64,000 nt of DNA from Bacteroidota bacterium (GTDB lineage Bacteria; Bacteroidota; Ignavibacteria; UBA10030; SZUA-254): positions 38,995 to 102,994 of the forward strand of contig JAGVIE010000025.1 in assembly GCA_020056225.1 (NCBI GenBank), read 5' to 3'. Of the stretch, positions 55,376 through 64,000 are shown in pieces (the first letter of the stretch is position 1; each line of letters begins with the position of its first letter). The notes under the pieces are model-generated. The model had not been told where the DNA came from and searched no databases. It saw only the letters and a program-made list of their open reading frames with translations. A program made the position numbers and the translations under genes.

Positions 55376-56290
55376 CTATTTCTTAATTGAATCCGGCTTC
55401 TGAGGCAGTGCCAACGGTAAATCCTCCCTGCCGCTCCAATCTTCGAACGAGCCATCGTAAAGATGAGGCGTATATCCAAGCGAACGCGCGGCGATATAAA
55501 CCACGCACGCAGAGACTCCGCTGTGGCAATATACAATAACCTCATTTTCTTTCTTGACCCCCGCTGAATCAAATTTCTCAGCAATTCTCGTCATCGGAAT
55601 CATTTTGTTTGTGCTGTCGATAAGACTTCCCGCAAAAATATTCTTTGCAGTTGGGATACCTCCTGCGCGTGGGTAACCTCCGCTGTTCGTACCGTTATAA
55701 AATTGCGGAGCGCGCGCATCTATGATGGAAATATCCTGCTTATGAAGCCCCGACTTTACAAACTCCGCATCAACAATTGCAAGCGGATTTAGTTTAGGTG
55801 TGAACGATCCGCGTTGATAAACCGGCAGTTCTTTTGTTATTGGTTTGCCCTCAACTTTCCAGGCATCGAAGCCGCCATCGAGTATTGATGTTCTCTCACC
55901 CATACCGAGATAATCCAGCGTAACAAAGACGCGTGCAACCTGATTTACATTTCCGCCGATGCCGCAAAGAATTATTCGTGAATCACTCGAAACACCAAGC
56001 GCTTCAAGCGTTGTATCGAGCTGCTCTACGGGTAATAACTCGTAGCTCAGTTCGGGGTTCGACATATATATCCAACCGTTCCATAGAAACCGCGCACCGG
56101 GGATATGCCCTCTTTCGTAATCGCGGCGGATAGGCGCAACATGTAGGACGACAAGCGATGGATCGTTGATATGCTCTGCCAACCACGAAGTTGTGACAAA
56201 AACAGTTTGATTATTCGATTGTGCGTTGCTTTGTTGTGGGAGGATTACAACGAGCACAAACATTAGAGATAATAAAAGTAATTTGTTCAT
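55376..56290 (-). CDS. Tandem-rhodanese sulfurtransferase (3-mercaptopyruvate/thiosulfate sulfurtransferase-like), secreted
   Basis: Signal peptide and two rhodanese domains. The active-site loop is 'VIVYCHSGVSACV'. Confidence 0.8.
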   Translation of the reverse strand: MNKLLLLSLMFVLVVILPQQSNAQSNNQTVFVTTSWLAEHINDPSLVVLHVAPIRRDYERGHIPGARFLWNGWIYMSNPELSYELLPVEQLDTTLEALGVSSDSRIILCGIGGNVNQVARVFVTLDYLGMGERTSILDGGFDAWKVEGKPITKELPVYQRGSFTPKLNPLAIVDAEFVKSGLHKQDISIIDARAPQFYNGTNSGGYPRAGGIPTAKNIFAGSLIDSTNKMIPMTRIAEKFDSAGVKKENEVIVYCHSGVSACVVYIAARSLGYTPHLYDGSFEDWSGREDLPLALPQKPDSIKK

Positions 56291-56364
56291 AGAGATATAG
56301 TTGAGGTTATGAGGTAACAGAATTATGATTTATCATATGCCTTGCATGTAAATAAGTTATTGAC

Positions 56365-56631
56365 TCATGGGAAATGACGGTAAATCTCTTTGCGATGAAG
56401 AACTCTTTCAAATATAACAGTATCGGCAACTATTGATAGACCAATGCGATAATCACCGAAGCGTACTTTATAATATCCGGGATAACCTGTCATCGCCTCC
56501 ACCTTACCTGACTCGAATATTGTCTTCAGATTTGGAACAGTTTCAAATACAAATTCTTCGATTGGAGTTCTATGATGCGAGGGGATATCGGCGAGTTCTT
56601 TTAGAAAACGTTTTCGGTACTCCGTTTTCAC
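56365..56631 (-). CDS. Type II toxin-antitoxin toxin, RelE/ParE family
   Basis: 88 aa. 'YKVRFGDYRIGLSIVADTVIFERVLHRKEIY' matches the RelE/ParE C-terminal signature. Confidence 0.7.
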   Translation of the reverse strand: MKTEYRKRFLKELADIPSHHRTPIEEFVFETVPNLKTIFESGKVEAMTGYPGYYKVRFGDYRIGLSIVADTVIFERVLHRKEIYRHFP

Positions 56632-56831
56632 GGTTTCTTTTCCATTGTTTTATAGGCGGCTTTTGCCTCTGCAAGTACAAATTTCTCATCTGCTTCACCT
56701 TCCTTGATCAACTTGAGCAAGCCATAATTCTCCAACACCTCTTCAATTTTTTCAAACGTACCGATATCTAGCTGGACTGCGATTTTATTATTCTTCTCAT
56801 CGACAATATATTTTCTTGGAATGTTAAGCAT
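56628..56831 (-). CDS. Putative cognate antitoxin
   Basis: A 67-aa acidic protein immediately upstream of the toxin. A 4-bp ATGA-type overlap. Confidence 0.5.
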   Translation of the reverse strand: MLNIPRKYIVDEKNNKIAVQLDIGTFEKIEEVLENYGLLKLIKEGEADEKFVLAEAKAAYKTMEKKP

Positions 56832-56889
56832 GGATATTCTCCTTTCACTTTAATATAACAAAGGGAGGGATTAACGACAAATTACACCT

Positions 56890-59800
56890 TCATAAATCTT
56901 TCGGATTCCGAAAGTCAATACCTATCACTTCAAGACCTTCAACTTCATTACGAGATTCAACAATTGCCTTCGCTCGTGCTTTAAGGATTTCAATCACTTG
57001 TTCAAAACTATGCTCTTGATCGTTCTTACATGATTTTTCCTTATTGTGACCAATCATTCCAATAAAGTAAATTCCATAACGGGAGTTATGTGCCCGTAAA
57101 TATTGTCCTACTAATTGATTTTCAAGACGTTCTATTAGTGTACTCAAAGTCCAACGCTCCGCCCATTTAATTTCGATAGATACAGGATCGGTATTTGGGT
57201 TTTCAATTCGTAGATCCGGCCTGTCTTGTTGGTCGATTTCCTCCTCTTGCGGTACAGTGTAACGATTGTTGTTACGGTCCACTAACTTTCTTTGCAACCA
57301 TCGTCTAAGTATAGGTTCTGGATCACCAATACGAACTTCTTCTCTTAAGCTATTATCTGCTTTTTCTACATCATATTTAATCCCTTGCAAGCGTTTAATT
57401 ACGAGTTTAAATAGATCACGATCTGTCTTTGGGTCTATCTCATGATCCTTTTGGAAAGAACGTACGTCCTCTGGTTTCCATGGTTCTAAATCTGCTTGAG
57501 TTTCTTCTCTATTCTCAATCAGATGCAATATGAAATCTCGTCTAGCAACCATAGCTGGTTCGGAGAGTAGATTCTTCAATTCAATCGTTGCTTGCGGATC
57601 AGTGCTATTTGCAAGCCGATCAAGTAATCTACCACGAAAATCCTGTACATCGTGTCTTGCTGTTGGTGTGAATACACCGGGACCATAAGACTCATCATCC
57701 TCAGGTCGTATATAACGAAATACCAAAACTATGAATCTCCGCAATAAAACCGGATGTTCGTAATCTGGTTTATGTGATACTGGTGCTTTATCAAAACGAT
57801 CACCTTTTAGCACAGCGCATAAGTTTAGCATCAGATCAACTGCTTTATCATAATTATTTAATAACTCATTCAAAAAATTTATTGCATGAGCAGCATCGGT
57901 TTGTAACCATACCGTTAGCCACAACAAGAATATTTTGCTCCCAACGGGATATCGCTTAATACGTTCCGAAGCAATTATTCCGAGTTCATTTGATGGTGCA
58001 ATATTTCGTCTCATTAGAAGTGAAAGACCCAAGCGAAGTATTGATGGATTAGGTGGATCATCATTCTTCAGCAATTCGATTATAGATTTTTCCACTAGTG
58101 GTACCAGGTCATCACCTTGCCATACTAAATCTTGCAATACTTCATTAACGTCTTTTCGATCTGCAGTAAATTGCCATTCTCCTCTGATGCACTCAACAAG
58201 AACTTCGCGAACTGCGTCAGGATGAAAACAGGCAAGATCTTTAAACCATGTGGCAAATCCATTTAACTCATTTACCGCATACCTTGAAGCTCGATAAGCA
58301 TCTTCATAATTCATTTTTGCCAGATTTATTTCTTTGTCTGCTAAAGTTGCTTGTATGCCCGCAAGACCAGCTATTATCCCATAAGTTCTATTTCCATTAA
58401 CGCTTTCATGCGGCAAGTTCGGTTTATATGTACGCCAGATATGTTTACATCCTTTTCTTGTTGCCCAAGTAATAAGTCTACCCCGTTTCTTTGTAAGATC
58501 GTCCCATGTGCTTGGAGTATAGCGTTGAATATTTTTCTCATCAGCTTCACGACAAAGATGAGAAAGCCAGGCTGCGTTTTTACCTGTTATTAATTGTTTT
58601 AAATGAATGATTAGTTTGTACTGATCATTGAAATATGTCCAACTTTGTTTAAGTTTTCTCCATTTGTCAATCCACCACCACTTATCTCCGAGCTTCCAGT
58701 GTATATTTCTGTACCACAGTCGTTTTAACCACAATGTAGGACCATTGATCTGTCTGTGATAAAATGACTTTAGATGCGTATCTCGAACGATAGCTTTCTT
58801 GATTTTGTTGCGGTCAAGATCTTTTTGTTTTGATCTTCGAATTAGGTCAGACGCTAGACATAATACAAGTTCACGATCTCTAATACTATCCATCCCCTGA
58901 ATATCCTGCACCATCCAATCGATATCGTCTTGCAGGGGTTTAATAACTTCGTAGTAATCATATAGCGCAACCAATGTCCTAGGTTCGTCTTTTTCTTGCT
59001 GACGTCGTTCTTTAACGCGATTCCAAAAGTAATGTCTTCTTAATGAAGGATGTCTGCCCGTTGCAATATTCAGTTCATCAAACTTGGATGTATGCAGTTT
59101 ACTATATCGATGGATCTGTCCCAGAAAGGATATTGCAGTGACAGTTATAGCTATCTCTTCTTCGCTTAGTTCTGTTATTGAAAACAATTTCCGCAGTACT
59201 ACGGGGATTACTTCACCTAACCAAGAGAATTGAGCAGAGACATTTGTCTCTTTACTATCATGGAGAATATATGGAGGGGTTCGTCCCAAATCTAATAGTG
59301 CTAAAAGTAATTCATGTGCTTGATCTGGTTTCAATACTGATTCAAAGTGAGATGATAATTGATAATTTAGATCAACACTGCTATCAGGAACTGGTTCTGT
59401 TTTCCTTAATAAATCGATCAACCCACAAGAATCTATTACATCTGGATAAAGCGCTTCACATATTTCACCACAAAGGTAATTAGGAATATTGGGAAGTTGA
59501 TTTGCAATCTGAACAAGCTTTTGTCGGCTTTCCTTATCACCAGCATCTCTAATTGTCGCTGCTGCGTATATCCTTATATCTAAAGATTCATCTGGAGTCG
59601 CGATTAATTCTAGAGCAATACTAAGACACTCTTTTAGGCGTCCATAGCGTACTAATTGGAGTATTTCTTTTCTTATATCAGCCGAAATATCTCGATTGCG
59701 TATAATTGTAATAGCATCTTCTGCGAGTGCTGGGTCTGCAATACGTTTTAAGGATTCAGGTGAAGATTCAATCCATACTCGTTCCCTTCCCTTGAAGCGT

Positions 59801-61167
59801 TCTACAATTGCTGCAAGAATTTTTCTTTTATATTCGATTGGTAACCGACTTGGATCACCATATTGCAAATGAATATCAGGGGCAGCTTCTAGAACCCAAT
59901 TTCTAATATCTTCATTCCACGGCTCACTGCCACAGCAAAGCCAAGCCGCAATTGGTGCAAGTCCCTTTCGGATTATCTTTTTTCCCCAACTATGCTCGAA
60001 AAGTAGATTATTTATCTCCATCACCGGACATCGATTATACAACCGATCTTCCAACCATTGCGCTGTAAGATACTCTGCAATACGTCGATGGTGAAAACGA
60101 ATGTGTCCATAACTTGCGCTGTCAAAAAGAGGGCGCATTAGTAATGAACTTGATTGTTGTTTGCTCCAATTTTCTTGTAAACACTTATTAGCATCTAGTG
60201 CCAAGCTATCCGAATTATCCTCCGGTACTTTGAAGTTAAATTGGCGACAAAACATTGTGGCTGCAGCGAGTGATTTGACTCCCTCATATAATTGGTCGGA
60301 AGACAGCGAGTCATTATCACGTTTCGGTAATTGTAGTTTAAAACGAACATCATGTTCTATGAGTTCACTAAGTGAACCAAACCGTTTTTGTTCCTTCCAA
60401 AATTTAAGTAAGTCGACTACATCTCCTGGTCTTCTGGTGAACTCCCATGCTTGATGCTCTTCTAAGGCAGAAAGAAATTTATCAGCATCTGAAATATTCT
60501 TTGCTCGAGTGAAAGCTTCCACCCGAGTTTTATCTAGAGGTTCCATTTGGACAACAATGATTCCCTCTCGTTTATCAGATTGATCTCCTTGCGCAATTGG
60601 AGTGCTGGCTTTTTCCTTTGAGGTGGCTAGTAGAGGAAAAAGGCTCGAAACCTCATATAGATCATTCTTTGGTTGCCATTCACTTATCCGTGAACTTAAA
60701 ATAATCCGTGTTCGCCCAATATTAATAGTGTCAAGATCGTTGTGGAATCGGTTCAATGCCGTATAGAAATCGGTAAGCTTTCGAAATTTTGTTTCATCGA
60801 CAGAGTCAAGAAAGAAAAATGCTTCGTGACTACTATGTAACCATTTTTGAAAGTAATTGTAATCATCTCTGCCAATAGCATCAACCAAAGACAGATCTAT
60901 TAATCTATCTAGCTGAATAAAGAAAGCAAATCGTCTTTCGTCTCTCATTAAGTCAACGCGACGCTTAAATTCCCACGTCTTGCCACTAAAAGGTTCTCCG
61001 AGAACAACGACAAATCTATTATTGAAAAGATCATCCCACCCAAGTCCTAGTTCACGTCCTAATAATTCGCGAGTATAACTGAAAAGAGCCATATCTTCTG
61101 GCTGCTCTCCCTCATTTAGCGGAATGAAACGACGATTCAGTTCAATGAATTCTGTGGATGCAAACAT
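56890..61167 (-). CDS. 1425-aa STAND/NACHT-type NTPase with a long alpha-helical repeat region and a C-terminal RecB-like PD-(D/E)xK nuclease-fold domain; candidate NLR-like defence protein
   Basis: Walker A 'VVVLGEPFSGKTWEF' at aa 52-66. NACHT-style Walker B 'AFFFLDSVDE'. C-terminal motifs 'RPDLRIE' (D), 'VSIEIKW' (ExK) and 'QLVGQY' (QxxxY). Confidence 0.7.
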   Translation of the reverse strand: MFASTEFIELNRRFIPLNEGEQPEDMALFSYTRELLGRELGLGWDDLFNNRFVVVLGEPFSGKTWEFKRRVDLMRDERRFAFFIQLDRLIDLSLVDAIGRDDYNYFQKWLHSSHEAFFFLDSVDETKFRKLTDFYTALNRFHNDLDTINIGRTRIILSSRISEWQPKNDLYEVSSLFPLLATSKEKASTPIAQGDQSDKREGIIVVQMEPLDKTRVEAFTRAKNISDADKFLSALEEHQAWEFTRRPGDVVDLLKFWKEQKRFGSLSELIEHDVRFKLQLPKRDNDSLSSDQLYEGVKSLAAATMFCRQFNFKVPEDNSDSLALDANKCLQENWSKQQSSSLLMRPLFDSASYGHIRFHHRRIAEYLTAQWLEDRLYNRCPVMEINNLLFEHSWGKKIIRKGLAPIAAWLCCGSEPWNEDIRNWVLEAAPDIHLQYGDPSRLPIEYKRKILAAIVERFKGRERVWIESSPESLKRIADPALAEDAITIIRNRDISADIRKEILQLVRYGRLKECLSIALELIATPDESLDIRIYAAATIRDAGDKESRQKLVQIANQLPNIPNYLCGEICEALYPDVIDSCGLIDLLRKTEPVPDSSVDLNYQLSSHFESVLKPDQAHELLLALLDLGRTPPYILHDSKETNVSAQFSWLGEVIPVVLRKLFSITELSEEEIAITVTAISFLGQIHRYSKLHTSKFDELNIATGRHPSLRRHYFWNRVKERRQQEKDEPRTLVALYDYYEVIKPLQDDIDWMVQDIQGMDSIRDRELVLCLASDLIRRSKQKDLDRNKIKKAIVRDTHLKSFYHRQINGPTLWLKRLWYRNIHWKLGDKWWWIDKWRKLKQSWTYFNDQYKLIIHLKQLITGKNAAWLSHLCREADEKNIQRYTPSTWDDLTKKRGRLITWATRKGCKHIWRTYKPNLPHESVNGNRTYGIIAGLAGIQATLADKEINLAKMNYEDAYRASRYAVNELNGFATWFKDLACFHPDAVREVLVECIRGEWQFTADRKDVNEVLQDLVWQGDDLVPLVEKSIIELLKNDDPPNPSILRLGLSLLMRRNIAPSNELGIIASERIKRYPVGSKIFLLWLTVWLQTDAAHAINFLNELLNNYDKAVDLMLNLCAVLKGDRFDKAPVSHKPDYEHPVLLRRFIVLVFRYIRPEDDESYGPGVFTPTARHDVQDFRGRLLDRLANSTDPQATIELKNLLSEPAMVARRDFILHLIENREETQADLEPWKPEDVRSFQKDHEIDPKTDRDLFKLVIKRLQGIKYDVEKADNSLREEVRIGDPEPILRRWLQRKLVDRNNNRYTVPQEEEIDQQDRPDLRIENPNTDPVSIEIKWAERWTLSTLIERLENQLVGQYLRAHNSRYGIYFIGMIGHNKEKSCKNDQEHSFEQVIEILKARAKAIVESRNEVEGLEVIGIDFRNPKDL

Positions 61168-61271
61168 TTCTAATAATAAAATAAATTTTACTTGATGGTA
61201 AGAATCTACACAAATTTCTTTTCACCTTCAACAACCGCACCTCAGAGATACCACAACCCACCCAACCCGTC

Positions 61272-61320
61272 ATGCTGACACCTGTCCTGAGCGAAGTCGA
61301 AGGATGCTCTTGGTCAGCAT
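61272..61320. repeat. Palindromic element ATGCTGAC-...GTCCTGAGCGAAGTCGAAGGATG...-GTCAGCAT carrying the 14-mer TGAGCGAAGTCGAA
   Basis: Outer 8-bp inverted repeat atgctgac/gtcagcat. An inner gtcct/aggat stem around the same 14-nt core found at 55313-55326. Confidence 0.6.
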
Positions 61321-61478
61321 CTATACCAAGCCAGCCCCGTTCTGATCCCGACCAATCCCGCTCATCGAGCGGGACGGGATGACGTGTATCTTTTTTTAAA
61401 ATTACATCCAACCCAGTTCCGGCTTCCCTTTCATTGCCAGATGATAAAATCTATGAGCGGTGGTTCACTGCCCAACTC

Positions 61479-61514
61479 GTTTAAAATAAACACCCCGTCC
61501 TATGAGGAACGGGG
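61479..61514 (-). terminator. Candidate rho-independent terminator for the S9 peptidase gene
   Basis: The minus-strand RNA hairpin CCCCGU...ACGGGG (plus-strand 61493-61514) is followed by UGUUUAUUUUAAA. Confidence 0.4.
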
Positions 61515-61652
61515 CATCATCTATTAAAATATTATGGAGATTTTACATAATTAAATTAATGTCATGGTTAACCTCGTGAGCTTGCCGAACGACGAACAAT
61601 GACATTTCACTTACTTTTCACGCTTCGACAAGCTCAGCGTGACAGGTTTTTT

Positions 61653-63545
61653 TTATTGAAGCAAATGTTTTTCTAAAAATTTCTCCATCGCTTCGTAGAA
61701 GTCGAACCGGTTTTCTTCGTTGCGGAATCCGTGACCTTCGTTCTCTTTCACGAGGTAAGGCACATCGATACCTTTTTTCTTCAGAGCATCAACAATCTGG
61801 TTCGACTCGTTGATATTGACGCGGGGATCTTTTGCACCCTGCGCAACTAAAAGCGGTGCCTTGATGTTATCAACGTGAAATACCGGCGATGCGGAGGCAA
61901 GCAACGTGCTGTCTTTCTGCATATCTCCAACCATCTCGTAGAACATATCGAGGTATGGTTTCCAATACGGTGGAATTGTTCTCATAAATGTAAACAAATT
62001 CGATACGCCGACATAATCAACTCCGCAGGCGTACAGATCGGGTGTGAATGTAAGTCCTGCAAGCGTGGCATAACCGCCGTAACTTCCGCCGTAAATCGCT
62101 ACTCGTTTCGGGTCGGCAATCCCCTGACTGATGAGCCACTTAACGCCGTCGGAAATATCATCCTGCATAGATTTTCCCCACTGTTTGAAAGAAATTTCCC
62201 AGAACTTTTTTCCATAACCGGTGGAGCCGCGGAAATTCATTTGCAAAACTGCATACCCGCGGTTTGCAAGGAATTGTACCTCGGCGTTGAACCGCCACAT
62301 GTCGCGCGCCCACGGTCCGCCATGCGGATTAACAATTACAGGAAGATATTTTGCTTCCTTACCTTTCGGCAATGTGAGATAACCATGGATCGTTAATCCG
62401 TCGCGGGTTTTGTATTCAATCGGTTTCATCTCAGCAAGATCTTTTTCTTCCAACCAGGGGGAACGGTCGGCAAGCTTTGTCAGCTTATCCGATTTCTTTT
62501 CATAAAGATAAAACGAGCCGCGTGTTCTGTCGCTTGATGTTGACACTGTAAATACTTCCTCGTCCTTGTCGCTGGAGACAACTGTTACCTCATACCCGGG
62601 GAGTTGCTTTTCAAGCTTTGCGTATAGGTCTTCAGTTTCTTTGTCGAGGAATTTGTGTTCAACCTTCCATGTTATGTAACCTATTTCGGTCAACACTTTC
62701 CTCAATCGTGAATAATCCATCCCGTTAACATCCACATCGTCGCGCTCATATATTACACTAACTTCTTTCTTGTTGGCAATGTCGTATTCAACAATTGCGG
62801 TTTTATCTCTGCCAAGATTTGAGACAGCATAAATATTTTTGTTATCGAACGTGAAGAATAGAGGTCCAAACGATTCCTTAAAATTCGTAGTCATAACATT
62901 TTGGAATGTATCCTTCTCGGTATCGCGATAAAGTATACTCGTGTTGACGCCATCGGTTGTCGTAGCAATCCTAATATTACCGGCATGATCGGTAACCCAG
63001 CCTGTTATGTTACCGGGGTTTTGAGCAACCATTGTGAGTTCACCCGTACCTGTATTGAGCCGATATACATCAAATATCTCACGAACACGTTTATTCATTC
63101 CGACGAGGACATCTGTGGGATGATCTCTTAGATCGTCAATTATTAGAACTCGAACACTGTCGAATGGCGTAAGGTCTTTCATCTCTTTACCTTCACGATC
63201 AACGGCAAAGAGATGGAAGTTTTCATCACCGCCGAAATCTTTTACAAATAATAACCGGTCGCTGCCCTTCCAAAAATATCCTGATAGATCACGATCGGTT
63301 ACCGATGTAATTCGTTTTGATTCGCCGCCCGAAATCGGCTGGACAAATATGTTCATGCGTCTCTCGTACGGTTCAACATGCGCAACGTATTTACCATCAA
63401 GCGATAAGGTAAATGCAGACTTTTCCGGATTCTTGAAAAAATCACGCATCGGGATTTTTTTCGGAGCTTGCGCCAGAGATGAGACAGAGAGAAATAAAAT
63501 ACACATCATCAGAATGATGGTAGGAAAACGGTTTGTTAATTTCAT
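61653..63545 (-). CDS. S9-family serine peptidase (prolyl oligopeptidase/dipeptidyl-peptidase type) with an N-terminal beta-propeller
   Basis: Signal peptide. 'IYGGSYGGYATLAG' is the GxSxGG nucleophile. 'EGHGF' is the catalytic His region. 630 aa. Confidence 0.85.
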   Translation of the reverse strand: MKLTNRFPTIILMMCILFLSVSSLAQAPKKIPMRDFFKNPEKSAFTLSLDGKYVAHVEPYERRMNIFVQPISGGESKRITSVTDRDLSGYFWKGSDRLLFVKDFGGDENFHLFAVDREGKEMKDLTPFDSVRVLIIDDLRDHPTDVLVGMNKRVREIFDVYRLNTGTGELTMVAQNPGNITGWVTDHAGNIRIATTTDGVNTSILYRDTEKDTFQNVMTTNFKESFGPLFFTFDNKNIYAVSNLGRDKTAIVEYDIANKKEVSVIYERDDVDVNGMDYSRLRKVLTEIGYITWKVEHKFLDKETEDLYAKLEKQLPGYEVTVVSSDKDEEVFTVSTSSDRTRGSFYLYEKKSDKLTKLADRSPWLEEKDLAEMKPIEYKTRDGLTIHGYLTLPKGKEAKYLPVIVNPHGGPWARDMWRFNAEVQFLANRGYAVLQMNFRGSTGYGKKFWEISFKQWGKSMQDDISDGVKWLISQGIADPKRVAIYGGSYGGYATLAGLTFTPDLYACGVDYVGVSNLFTFMRTIPPYWKPYLDMFYEMVGDMQKDSTLLASASPVFHVDNIKAPLLVAQGAKDPRVNINESNQIVDALKKKGIDVPYLVKENEGHGFRNEENRFDFYEAMEKFLEKHLLQ

Positions 63546-63683
63546 AATAGTACCTTTATGTTGTGAATTTATTGTGTATTTATAACTTAATTTGCAGTGC
63601 TGTGAGGAAGTGACCCCTACATTCTCTCATGTTTACGAGCGATTCGATAAAGTGTTGCTAATACAACATTAAAAAGTATTCGT

Positions 63684-64000
63684 CTATTTCCACTCCGGTT
63701 CGGGCTTCTCTTTCCAAAGCCAGAGGATGAAATCCGTCAGCGGGGGATTTCCACCTAACTCGCGCAATCGCGCTGCATTCTGTCCGCGGTGGTAATGACT
63801 GTGCAAAGCGGTTTGAGTGAGCGCCTGTTCAATCGTTATACTTATAGGCGGGTCTTTGAACCAAGGGATCGTAACAACATCATTGAGTTGTTCATCCGTA
63901 GCATTATTAAGAAACTCAGCAGCTTCTTCGTGGTTGCATTTTGTAAGATCCTTAAGTACAGGCATATCGTAAATTATTCCATAATCATGTCGATCTAATT
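63684..64000 (-). CDS. DinB_2/DUF664-like protein, N-terminus truncated by the window edge
   Basis: 'ALHSHYHRGQNAARLRELGG' is the DinB_2 His motif. The reading frame stays open upstream of the listed ATG to base 64000. Confidence 0.55.
   Translation of the reverse strand, partial: LDRHDYGIIYDMPVLKDLTKCNHEEAAEFLNNATDEQLNDVVTIPWFKDPPISITIEQALTQTALHSHYHRGQNAARLRELGGNPPLTDFILWLWKEKPEPEWK

Noticed and set aside
61142-61411. 89-aa minus-strand ORF upstream of the NACHT gene
   Set aside because: It overlaps the palindromic repeat elements (61272-61375) and the start of the NACHT gene. Its composition is driven by the GC-rich repeats. It is likely non-coding.

Overview
The window is a 64 kb chromosomal segment, most likely from an FCB-group bacterium (Ignavibacteria/Bacteroidota-like). 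Several large secreted proteins carry type IX secretion C-terminal sorting domains, there is a PorQ/PorV-like barrel, and a SusC-like TonB-dependent receptor. Almost all genes sit on the minus strand.

Housekeeping genes recognised from motifs: thiI, tyrS, yciH, dinB, DAHP synthase, glcD with a GlcF-like Fe-S protein, a rhomboid protease, OPT and SulP transporters, an S9 peptidase, a rhodanese sulfurtransferase, and an hpnC/hpnD/hpnE squalene cluster. A fluoride riboswitch precedes crcB-DUF190.

These are interleaved with accessory regions:
1. A tightly coupled four-gene operon (Vsr, ParB-like protein, unknown 310-aa protein, Dcm C5-methyltransferase) with an in-frame hexanucleotide SSR in dcm. 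This is a candidate atypical or undescribed restriction/defence module.
2. A 1425-aa protein with an N-terminal NACHT-type NTPase and a C-terminal RecB-like PD-(D/E)xK nuclease signature, directly beside a RelE/antitoxin pair. This is a candidate NLR-like defence protein with an unusual, reversed architecture.
3. Three tandem paralogous secreted tail-fibre/collar-domain proteins sharing an N-terminal module, one carrying a perfect 51-bp tandem duplication. An orphan P-loop NTPase lies next to them.
4. Two diverged paralogous T9SS cargo proteins with thrombospondin-type-3 Ca-binding repeats.
5. A family of intergenic palindromic elements (AGTCCC...GGGACT hairpins and a 14-nt core TGAGCGAAGTCGAA present twice), and a tandem pair of 15-bp palindromes upstream of thiI.

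No rRNA, tRNA, CRISPR array, integrase or transposase was recognised. All functional calls rest on motifs read by eye, with no database search.
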